Shown piece after piece: positions 20,070 through 28,367 of a stretch of DNA of 64,000 bases; position 1 is the stretch's first letter; every line of letters starts with the position of its first letter. A program made the translations under genes and the position numbers. The notes under the pieces are model-generated. The model saw only the letters and a list, made by a program, of their open reading frames with translations. It had not been told where the DNA came from and did not search any database. This DNA is from an uncultured Bacteroidota bacterium (GTDB lineage Bacteria > Bacteroidota > Ignavibacteria > UBA10030 > UBA6906): assembly GCA_963700635.1 (NCBI GenBank), contig CAVOYH010000003.1:800001-864000 (forward strand), read 5' to 3'.

Positions 20070-20771
20070 TTAGTCGTTGTACTCGATCTTGAGGCGGTTC
20101 GTCTTCCCCTGTGGATCACGAAGTTCGATCTCCAGCCGCTTGCGCAGGTCGTCACGTAATGCCTCCAGCGCCGCGCGTCGTTCACCGGGGGTCGAGGGCC
20201 GGCTTTGCACAGTCCCGTCGCGGTTCGATATACCCGTAAACCCTGCCGTGACGTCCACGCTCCGAGAGGAGATTCTGTTCAAAAGGGAAACCAGACCGTC
20301 CGTGACCATGAGTGTATCTGCGGCCCGGGTGCTATTGAGCATCCCCGCGGTCCCTTTGATTGAGGCGACCGAAGTCGGTGACGTAAAACGGAATTCTTCA
20401 CCGGCGCGCTGTTTCTGAACATTAAACCCGACAACGCCGGTCTGAACTTCCACAGATTTCGAAAGCGTATTCCGTGCCTGCTTTCCGGTGACGGTGAGTT
20501 CCGTCTTTTCGCGAAGCCGGACGAGGCTGTTGTCCTTAAATTTAATGATGGCCAGTGCACCCAGACCTGTGCGGACCATGTCTCCGGAAGCAAGAGTCTG
20601 TCCGCGTGAAGCCTTGTTCCAATCCTTGCCAACTTCCTTTCGGTCGACCTCGAGGATCACTTTGCTGACAAGCGCCACAGGGGTTCCTTCAAGGGGCGGA
20701 GCCGCGCCGGAACTCTGCACGAAAAACAATGTGCCAAACAGAAGACCGGGTGTGAGGAAGAGTCGATTCAT
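20070..20771 (-). CDS. Exported FecR-domain protein
   Basis: Signal peptide; LASGDMVRTG, IKFKDNSLVRL, FTSPTSVASIKGT, VTDGLVSL. Confidence 0.85.
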   Translation of the reverse strand: MNRLFLTPGLLFGTLFFVQSSGAAPPLEGTPVALVSKVILEVDRKEVGKDWNKASRGQTLASGDMVRTGLGALAIIKFKDNSLVRLREKTELTVTGKQARNTLSKSVEVQTGVVGFNVQKQRAGEEFRFTSPTSVASIKGTAGMLNSTRAADTLMVTDGLVSLLNRISSRSVDVTAGFTGISNRDGTVQSRPSTPGERRAALEALRDDLRKRLEIELRDPQGKTNRLKIEYND

Positions 20772-20792
20772 GGTGTGCTCCAGGGGGAGATA

Positions 20793-21854
20793 CTATTCGA
20801 GTTCGGCGGACAGTATCCCGGCAGGATTGCCGCGGAACTGATTGATCAGGTGCACCAGGTCGTCTACGGAAATGGTTCTTCCATCCACCGTCATCTGACC
20901 GGTGGGAGATAGCAATCCTTCACGGATGCGATCGAAAACGGATTTGTGTGTCGGGCCGAGTGATTTTTCAAGATCATCGAGAAGGCTCTGGAGGGCAACG
21001 TTTGTGCCGCCGGCCGCGACGGTAAATGAGCGGAGCTGGCTCCGTGCTACGTTTCCCGGCCCGCCGGTGCTGCCGTACAACCCTTCCACGTACCAGACAT
21101 ACGTCTTTCCGGGTTCCAGCGGCCGGACGCCTGCTGCAGGATAAAGAAACGAAGTGCTGTTGACTTCTGAAACGAGCTGCGCGAGACCGTTCGTTGCTTC
21201 TTCCAGCGAGGTCTGATGGGGCAGCATCTCGAACACCGCGATGCGCGACCGGGGTCCGTCAAACGTCCATTGGAACAGCGGATATGCCCCAATCGTCCTG
21301 TCTTTGTGCAGTGGAAACACCAGCTCGAGACGTGACGGAGAGGTCAGCACAAAACGAAAACTTGCATAAAAGGACTGTTTGGTCTGCGGCGTTATTACCT
21401 CCACACGAAATGTGTACACCCCCGCGGGCAAAAATCCGGTCGGGAGGGCGATCTGTTCCAGTCTTCGTTTGGCTGTCTCGTCAACCATGTAGTCTCTTCT
21501 GATCGAAGGGCTTACAAGGTCCAGGTTGGTGAATGACCGTGACCCCTGGATCTCAAAGGGAACGGTTTCATACGTTGATACCCCGGTGAACGATTCGCCC
21601 GTTGACATTGCCACATCCATTGTGATCCGCATGGTGGCGGTCACGCTGGATGGTGTTTCGGAAACCGCGCTGCGGATACTCACGTCAATCGTGAACAACC
21701 ACTTTGGGGAAGTAGTGTTGACATAGTCAACATCCTGAATGGTCAGGACATCCACCGGAGCGGTGGCGGTGGTGATGTCAACAACAAGTCCTTGTGCAAA
21801 GAGCGTCGGGACTGAAGCGACAACAATGGCGATGAAGAGAAAGGGTACTCTCAT
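20793..21854 (-). CDS. Exported Ig/FN3-like protein (C-terminal part resembles DUF928)
   Basis: Signal peptide; LPAGVYTFRVEV, PLFQWT and LEPGKTYVWYVEG beta-sandwich signatures. Confidence 0.6.
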   Translation of the reverse strand: MRVPFLFIAIVVASVPTLFAQGLVVDITTATAPVDVLTIQDVDYVNTTSPKWLFTIDVSIRSAVSETPSSVTATMRITMDVAMSTGESFTGVSTYETVPFEIQGSRSFTNLDLVSPSIRRDYMVDETAKRRLEQIALPTGFLPAGVYTFRVEVITPQTKQSFYASFRFVLTSPSRLELVFPLHKDRTIGAYPLFQWTFDGPRSRIAVFEMLPHQTSLEEATNGLAQLVSEVNSTSFLYPAAGVRPLEPGKTYVWYVEGLYGSTGGPGNVARSQLRSFTVAAGGTNVALQSLLDDLEKSLGPTHKSVFDRIREGLLSPTGQMTVDGRTISVDDLVHLINQFRGNPAGILSAELE

Positions 21855-21898
21855 GGGATCGCCCTGTGGAAAAGTGGAAGAACGGCAAATAGTAACAA

Positions 21899-21927
21899 AG
21901 TATAAGAATTTGGTGTCTGTGTTGCAA
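21899..21927 (-). promoter_or_regulatory. Sigma70-type promoter of the four-gene cyclase operon
   Basis: Minus strand TTGCAA(21927-21922), 17 nt, TATACT(21904-21899). Confidence 0.65.
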
Positions 21928-21944
21928 ACAGGCTGTCACACCAG

Positions 21945-23261
21945 CTAAAAGTGGCGGAGGTCATTGTACACCACGAAGGCCATAAATACCAGCAGGAGCA
22001 AGAAGCCTGCCTTCTGCAGGATCATGCGCATCCTCACGGGCACTTCACGACGGAATATCGCTTCATAAAACAGAAACACCATATGACCACCGTCCAGTGC
22101 CGGGAACGGAAGAAAGTTGAGTATGGCCAGACTCATACTTAGTAACGCCATAAATCCCAGATAGGTCAGGATCCCCAGTTCTGCTGTTTGGGTTGCCATC
22201 TGTGCGATCTTGATCGGTCCGCCAACAGACTGTGCAAAAGCAACTTTTCCGGTGATGATCTGCCAGATTTGTTTGATGAAGAGGACGCTTACATTGACGA
22301 CGTCTGTCAGACTGCGGGGCAGCGCCTCAAAAAGTGAATACTCCACTTTGCGTGTGGGACCGGAGTACCGTAACCCGAATCCGATTCCGATAATTCCGTC
22401 GCTGGTGGGAATGACGTTCCCATGCATCACTGTCGAGTCGTGGCGCCATTCCACCGCTACCGGTATTCCTGCATGCTGCTGCACAATGCTTTTTACCTGG
22501 GCGTCCGTGCTCAGGGGTGTGTTGTTCATCGATATCAGGACGTCGCCGGGCTTCATTCCGAGGTTGTCCGCAGGCATTCCTGATTGCACGGTACTGACAA
22601 GAATTTCTGTGTGAATCGGGATGATCCCGAACGCGGTATCATTCGGTTCGGGTATGGAATTCCTCAGGAATGTAAGATCGACTTCCCGGCCTTTTCTCTC
22701 TACCGTGAAGACCACATCCTCTCCCACCTGATCGATGTACACGGCACTAAAGATCTCATCCCAGTGTGTCACCGGGTCGCTGTTGATCCGCACCACGCGG
22801 TCACCGATTAAGAGTCCGCCCTTTTGTGCCGGACTGTTTTCGACGACGATCCCGATTTCCGTGGTTTCGCGGATGATTTTCCCCTGCACGTAGGTGATGC
22901 CCCAGAAAATGGCCACCGCCAGAAGGATGTTCATCAACACGCCGCCGGAAATCACCAGCATTCTCTGCCAGATAGGTTTTGCCCGGAACTCCCAGGGTTC
23001 CGGAGGTTTCTCGAGATAGTCCGTGTCAAAACTCTCGTCGATCATTCCGGCGATTTTTACGTAGCCGCCGATCGGAATCCATGATATACAATAGTCGGTG
23101 TGGCCGACCTGTTTGCCGAATGCCCTGGGAGGGAACCCGATGGAGAAGCGGTCAACACGCATGCCACAGAGTTTCGCCGTGATAAAATGGCCGAATTCAT
23201 GCACGAACACGAGGACGCCGAGCGTGACAATAAAATAGAGAACAGTTTCTAAGAACAGCAT
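21945..23261 (-). CDS. rseP: RIP metalloprotease RseP (alternative TTG start 23279)
   Basis: HEFGH, PIGGYVKI, two PDZ domains, NFLPFPALDGGH; downstream of dxr. Confidence 0.95.
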   Translation of the reverse strand: MLFLETVLYFIVTLGVLVFVHEFGHFITAKLCGMRVDRFSIGFPPRAFGKQVGHTDYCISWIPIGGYVKIAGMIDESFDTDYLEKPPEPWEFRAKPIWQRMLVISGGVLMNILLAVAIFWGITYVQGKIIRETTEIGIVVENSPAQKGGLLIGDRVVRINSDPVTHWDEIFSAVYIDQVGEDVVFTVERKGREVDLTFLRNSIPEPNDTAFGIIPIHTEILVSTVQSGMPADNLGMKPGDVLISMNNTPLSTDAQVKSIVQQHAGIPVAVEWRHDSTVMHGNVIPTSDGIIGIGFGLRYSGPTRKVEYSLFEALPRSLTDVVNVSVLFIKQIWQIITGKVAFAQSVGGPIKIAQMATQTAELGILTYLGFMALLSMSLAILNFLPFPALDGGHMVFLFYEAIFRREVPVRMRMILQKAGFLLLLVFMAFVVYNDLRHF

Positions 23262-23275
23262 AAGCAAACCATCTG

Positions 23276-24442
23276 TCAATGAGTGAGGGGGGCAGGGTGA
23301 TGTGCGACGAAGGCACGCGCTTCCCGATCTGCACGAACTATGGTGTCGAGTGTCAAGAGGTCATCGTGCGGTACCGAAAGCAGGGCTTCGGCAATAATTT
23401 CCGGGATGGCAGGAAAGGATATCCGTTCTTCCAGGAAGAGCTGTACAGCCGCCTCGTTTGCGGCATTAAGGACCGTTGGTGCTGTTCCTCCCTGCTGTAA
23501 TGCCCGGTAGGCCAGGGCAAGACAGGGGAAGTTTTCCATGTCCGGATTCTGAAAGGTCAATTGTCCGAGATCGGCAAAATCGATACGTTTGAAGACCGAG
23601 GGGGGGCGTTCCGGATAGGTCAGGGCATATTGGATGGGTATCTTCATATCCGGAATACCAAGTTGAGCCTTGACCGAACCATCCACAAACTCCACCATGG
23701 AATGAATGATGGATTGTGGATGGACGATCACTTCGATCCGTTCGGGAGGCAAGCCGAACAGCCAGTGAGCCTCGATCACTTCCAGTCCCTTGTTCATCAT
23801 TGTTGCCGAGTCGATACTAATCTTGTTCCCCATGCTCCAGGTCGGGTGTTTCAGCGCCTGGCCGGGGGTCACCCGGCCGAGGGCTTCCCTGCCAAGCCCC
23901 AGAAACGGTCCGCCTGATGCAGTCAGGATCAATCGTCCGACGCTGTGAATCTCTTCGCCTTGCAGGCACTGGAGAATTGCGCTGTGTTCACTGTCCACCG
24001 GCAGCAGGCGCACGCCATGTCGTTGGACCTTTTCCATGATCATCGCCCCGCCAACGACAAGGGTTTCCTTGTTGGCAAGCGCAACATGCTTTCCGGCCTC
24101 AATGGCATGGAGCGTCGGGCGCAAGCCGGCAAAACCCACGAGGGCGCTTATCACGAGATCCACATCCGCACGTGCCACGACCTCCAGAAGAGCTTCCTCT
24201 CCGGAAAGAACCTCGGTCATGCCGTTCATCTGTATCCGCAGCCGCTGTGCATGTTCGTTGTCGCGCACGACAACAGCTTTTGGACGGAACCGGCGGATTT
24301 GTTCGGCGAGCAGGGTAATGTTCCGGTTGGCCGTCAGGTAGGTGACACGGAATCGACCCGGCAGCCCCTCCACAACATCAAGGCTGCTTCGGCCGATGGA
24401 ACCGGTGGAACCCAGGATGGCGATGTTGGTAATACGTTTCAC
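23276..24442 (-). CDS. dxr: 1-deoxy-D-xylulose-5-phosphate reductoisomerase
   Basis: ILGSTGSIG, LANKETLV, PVDSEHSA, HPTWSMG, NKGLEVIEAH; GTG start with GGAG upstream. Confidence 0.97.
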   Translation of the reverse strand: MKRITNIAILGSTGSIGRSSLDVVEGLPGRFRVTYLTANRNITLLAEQIRRFRPKAVVVRDNEHAQRLRIQMNGMTEVLSGEEALLEVVARADVDLVISALVGFAGLRPTLHAIEAGKHVALANKETLVVGGAMIMEKVQRHGVRLLPVDSEHSAILQCLQGEEIHSVGRLILTASGGPFLGLGREALGRVTPGQALKHPTWSMGNKISIDSATMMNKGLEVIEAHWLFGLPPERIEVIVHPQSIIHSMVEFVDGSVKAQLGIPDMKIPIQYALTYPERPPSVFKRIDFADLGQLTFQNPDMENFPCLALAYRALQQGGTAPTVLNAANEAAVQLFLEERISFPAIPEIIAEALLSVPHDDLLTLDTIVRADREARAFVAHHPAPLTH

Positions 24443-24462
24443 AGCACTCCACACATAAAATC

Positions 24463-24509
24463 AAGGTACGTAAACGGTGCTTGTATATCAAGCCGAAGGA
24501 AGCTACATT
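24463..24509. promoter_or_regulatory. Back-to-back divergent sigma70-type promoters (dxr and TPR gene)
   Basis: Minus strand TTGATA(24491-24486), 17 nt, TACCTT(24468-24463); plus strand TTGTAT(24481-24486), 17 nt, TACATT(24504-24509). Confidence 0.55.
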
Positions 24510-24517
24510 TCTCTGGT

Positions 24518-26383
24518 ATGCGACCAGTGCTCGTCTATTGTTGCCTTCTTTTGCTGCTTTCTGCCGCCGCAGCCACACGTTCTCAAACGCCAGATACACA
24601 AGCAAAGTTTCGTCTGGCGCAGGGACTGGAGCAGGCTGGTGAACTGGAGCGCGCAGCGGAGATTTACCGTGAACTCCTGAACGGTGACCCACAAAACTAC
24701 GTGGTTTTCGATGGCCTGCACCGCACGCTGATGTCGCTCAAGCAGTATGACGCTGCGATCGCGATCATTAAATCGCGAATGACTTCTTTTCCCGCCGACA
24801 TTCCCCTCCATGCCATGCTCGGAACAGCCTTCTATCGCGCGGGGAGGGAACCGGAAGCGATGGACATCTGGAACAGAACACTCACCCTCAACTCTGCCAA
24901 CGGGCAGGCCTATCGTGTTGTTGCAGCAGTGCTTATCGAAAACCGGCTGCTTGACCGGGCCGCGGAGGTCTATCGAAGGGGGCGCAGAGCATCCGATGAT
25001 CCTGCCTTGTTCAGTATTGAGCTGGCACAACTTCTTTCCGCATCCATGGACTACGCCGGAGCGACTGCGGAATACCTCCGCTGGCTTTCGCAAAATCCTG
25101 CCCAAATCGGGTTTGTGCAGAACCGCATGGCAACCTACAGCTGGAAGGAAGATGGAAGGGCCGCAGCAATTGCCACTGTTCGCGAAACGCTCAGCACCAA
25201 GCCCGACGACCTCCGATTGCACGAACTTCTGGGATGGCTCTACCTCGAAGGGAAGGATTTTTCCCAGGCATCCGGGGTGTACCGCACCATTGATAAACTC
25301 ACCCGTGCAAACGGAGTTGCCATACTCGGTTTTGCGGATCGTGTCTTCCGTGAGCGGGCATTTGATGTCGCCGCCTCTGCGTACCGGGAAGCGTTGCTCT
25401 ACCCGCTCCCCGCTCAACAACTGGTTCAGGCGCGATACGGTGCGGCGTGCGCAGCCAAAGAGCTGCAGATCAGCATGGACAGCAGCCAGGGTTTTACGGT
25501 GCCGGGGATACGCCCGTCTTCAGAATCACGCACCCGGTATGCCGGCGCAATGGCAGCCTTCAGTGCGATCGTAGAAGAATATCCGAATACCGAGTACTCG
25601 GCAAAATCGCTCTACCAGATCGGGATGATTCAACTCCATCAGTACTACGACCTGGATCAGGCAATGCGCAGCCTCAACAGGGTTCTTGCCGAGCCGGCCG
25701 CACCCCCCTCATTACGGACGGATATCCGGCTCCGGTTGGGTGAAATACTCATAGCCCGCGCCGATACGGTGGGCGCAGCCGGGGAGTTCAACGCCGTCGT
25801 TGCCCTTCCATCCGCGACGCCGGATCAGCATGATGAGGCGCGATTACGACTGGCGGAACTTGCGCTCTTTAACGGACGCAGTTCGGATGCCATCACGATT
25901 CTTGATTCGATCTCCGTGAACAGTCAGCATGATTTTGCCAATGACGCGCTGGATCTCCAGGTCTTGCTTGAAGAAAATGCCACAGCCGCACCGGCTGCTC
26001 TTGCCATCTACGGCCGGGCAGAGTTCCTCGCACGCCAGCGCAAGAATACGGAGGCCATCGGACTTCTGCTTGATCTTATCACGAGGTTTCCTCTGGCCCC
26101 GATTGCCGAAGACGCGCTTCTTCGTGTTGGTGCGCTGTATGCGGAGGCGGGCATGTTTGCGGAGGCAGTCTCTGCATATGACAGATTGCTTACCGAGATG
26201 CGTGAGAATGTGCGGCTGCCCGACCGCGCCCTCTTCCGAAAGGCGGAACTTCTCCAATTCGGACTGCACCGATCCACCGAGGCACTTGTAACCTACGAGC
26301 GCCTCCTCGTGGAGTTTCCGACATCTGTGCTGGCAAACGAAGCCCGGCAACGAATACGGCGGCTGAGAGGCGACACGTTATGA
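24518..26383 (+). CDS. Exported tetratricopeptide repeat protein
   Basis: Signal peptide from ATG 24518; many TPR units; C-terminal YERLLVEFPTS..ARQRIRRLRGD. Confidence 0.85.
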   Translation: MRPVLVYCCLLLLLSAAAATRSQTPDTQAKFRLAQGLEQAGELERAAEIYRELLNGDPQNYVVFDGLHRTLMSLKQYDAAIAIIKSRMTSFPADIPLHAMLGTAFYRAGREPEAMDIWNRTLTLNSANGQAYRVVAAVLIENRLLDRAAEVYRRGRRASDDPALFSIELAQLLSASMDYAGATAEYLRWLSQNPAQIGFVQNRMATYSWKEDGRAAAIATVRETLSTKPDDLRLHELLGWLYLEGKDFSQASGVYRTIDKLTRANGVAILGFADRVFRERAFDVAASAYREALLYPLPAQQLVQARYGAACAAKELQISMDSSQGFTVPGIRPSSESRTRYAGAMAAFSAIVEEYPNTEYSAKSLYQIGMIQLHQYYDLDQAMRSLNRVLAEPAAPPSLRTDIRLRLGEILIARADTVGAAGEFNAVVALPSATPDQHDEARLRLAELALFNGRSSDAITILDSISVNSQHDFANDALDLQVLLEENATAAPAALAIYGRAEFLARQRKNTEAIGLLLDLITRFPLAPIAEDALLRVGALYAEAGMFAEAVSAYDRLLTEMRENVRLPDRALFRKAELLQFGLHRSTEALVTYERLLVEFPTSVLANEARQRIRRLRGDTL

Positions 26384-27675
26384 GGATTTCTGTGCGGAAA
26401 ACCCGGATATGGGGCGTGTGGATTCTGGGTGTTACACTCCTTGTCCATACAGTCGGTTTCGGGCAGAGTAAGCTGCTCGTCCCCATGGACTTCCGGCAAA
26501 CGGATCACTTGAAGGCTTATGGGATGGCGTACTGGGCTCTTACCAAGAACATTGAAGTGGACTGGTTGCTGAACTATCGGGGTGGATCGTTTTTAGTCGA
26601 TGCGAATCCCCTGCTTTTAACCGAATGCCGGATCCGGGGTGTGGGCTTCGTCGAGCTCGCGGGTGCCCAGGCTGCACAACTTTATGCCGAGGTGCAGCAG
26701 GAGGACAACAACATGGATGTCGTCCGCCTCGAAAAAGCACCCACCATTGCGGTGTATGTTCCACCCGGGTTCCATCCGTGGGATGATGCCGTGACACTTG
26801 CGCTTGAGTATGCAGAAATAGCCTATGACAAACTGTGGGACACGGAGGTTCTGGAGGGGAAACTGTACGATTATGACTGGCTGCATTTGCATCACGAAGA
26901 CTTTACCGGCCAATACGGCAAGTTCTATGCTTCGTTTGCTGGTGCAAGCTGGTACATAGAACAACAGGTGATGCACGAAAAAGAGGCCCAGCGGCTTGGT
27001 TTTAAGAAAGTTTCCGAACTCAAAAAAGCAGTCGCCCGGGGAATCCGGGACTATGTCGGCAACGGCGGGTTTCTTTTTGCCATGTGTTCGGCAACGGATT
27101 CGTATGATATTGCCCTGGCGGCGGAACAGACTGACATCTGTGATGTGATGTATGATGGTGATCCTCCCGATCGTGACGCGCAGGCACGTCTGGATTTTTC
27201 CAAAACGTTCGCGTTCACCGACTTCCTTCTGGAACGGAATTCACTCCGGTATGAATATTCCGACATTGATCAACCACCAAGCGATCTTCTTGCCGTGCAG
27301 AATCCTGAAACGGATTATTTTACCCTTTTTGAATTCTCGGCAAAGTTTGATCCCGTTCCGACCATGCTCACCCAGAACCACATTAATGTGATCAAAGGTT
27401 TCCTGGGACAGACCACAAGCTTCAAAAAGTCACTGATCAAAAAATCCGTCGTCATCCTTGCCGAACGGGACGGTATGGATCAGGTGCGTTATCTGCACGG
27501 CAATTACGGGCGCGGGACGTTTACCTTTTACAGCGGACATGATCCTGAAGATTATCAACATGCGGTGGGCGACCCGCCCACGGATCTTGCGCTACACAAG
27601 AACTCTCCGGGATACCGGTTGATCCTCAATAACATCCTATTTCCCGCGGCAAAAAAGAAACAACAAAAAACCTGA
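26380..27675 (+). CDS. Conserved exported FCB-group protein (family often labelled 'asparagine synthetase B'; probably a class I GATase-like fold)
   Basis: Signal peptide; HLKAYG, WLLNYRGGSF, DWLHLHHEDFTGQYGKF, GGFLFAMCSATD, GHDPEDYQH, GYRLILNN; no AsnB N-terminal Cys or PP-loop. Confidence 0.7.
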   Translation: MRISVRKTRIWGVWILGVTLLVHTVGFGQSKLLVPMDFRQTDHLKAYGMAYWALTKNIEVDWLLNYRGGSFLVDANPLLLTECRIRGVGFVELAGAQAAQLYAEVQQEDNNMDVVRLEKAPTIAVYVPPGFHPWDDAVTLALEYAEIAYDKLWDTEVLEGKLYDYDWLHLHHEDFTGQYGKFYASFAGASWYIEQQVMHEKEAQRLGFKKVSELKKAVARGIRDYVGNGGFLFAMCSATDSYDIALAAEQTDICDVMYDGDPPDRDAQARLDFSKTFAFTDFLLERNSLRYEYSDIDQPPSDLLAVQNPETDYFTLFEFSAKFDPVPTMLTQNHINVIKGFLGQTTSFKKSLIKKSVVILAERDGMDQVRYLHGNYGRGTFTFYSGHDPEDYQHAVGDPPTDLALHKNSPGYRLILNNILFPAAKKKQQKT

Positions 27676-27700
27676 TCCATTCACGACTCAAGGAGTTACC

Positions 27701-28312
27701 ATGAAGAAAGTGCTGGTGTGTGCTGTGCTGGTTCTTGGTGCAAGCACCGTGTGGGCCCAGATGCCATCGGTTGGTTTTGGCGTCCATGGAAATTTCGGCA
27801 GCATTAATGTGGCCGAACCGATGAAAAGTGTGTATGGCGCCGGCCTGGGGGGCGGAGCACATCTCGACATCTCCTTTGCAATGCTGTCCATCCGCGTGTC
27901 CGGCGACTATATTTCGTTTGCTCCGGACAATGACAAGTACCGCCAGGTGCTCGTGGGACTCACCGGAACCGCGGCGCAGGGATTCGCTATTGACGGTGGA
28001 CGCATCGGTATCTTTTCAGGCAACGTCAACCTGAAGTCGACATTTCTCCCGCTTCCGGTTCTTACTCCCTATATCACCGGTGGCATCGGGCTTGCAAACA
28101 TCAGCGTGGACGAGGCGAAGATCACATTAAACGGGACGCCGCAGGGAAGTATTCCCGGAGTGAAGGGCGAAACAAAGACCGCCCTGAATCTCGGCGCCGG
28201 CGTGGATCTGAAAATCGGAGTCACTCTTTTTATCGAAGGCAAGTATACCTGGATCTTCACAGAAGGAGAAACCAGCACCTATATTCCTATCTCGATTGGG
28301 GTGACGTTCTAG
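27701..28312 (+). CDS. Small (about 8-stranded) outer membrane beta-barrel protein
   Basis: AAGGAG SD, signal peptide, TPYITGGIG, LNLGAGVD, terminal IGVTF. Confidence 0.85.
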   Translation: MKKVLVCAVLVLGASTVWAQMPSVGFGVHGNFGSINVAEPMKSVYGAGLGGGAHLDISFAMLSIRVSGDYISFAPDNDKYRQVLVGLTGTAAQGFAIDGGRIGIFSGNVNLKSTFLPLPVLTPYITGGIGLANISVDEAKITLNGTPQGSIPGVKGETKTALNLGAGVDLKIGVTLFIEGKYTWIFTEGETSTYIPISIGVTF

Positions 28313-28367
28313 ATACCCAGGGGGGTGATCGTTTGGAAAATCGGCAGGGAATCATCTCGACTCTTCT

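Noticed and set aside
23945-24517. 191-aa N-terminal extension of the TPR ORF in the track
   Set aside because: Overlaps dxr on the opposite strand; the signal peptide and promoter point to ATG 24518
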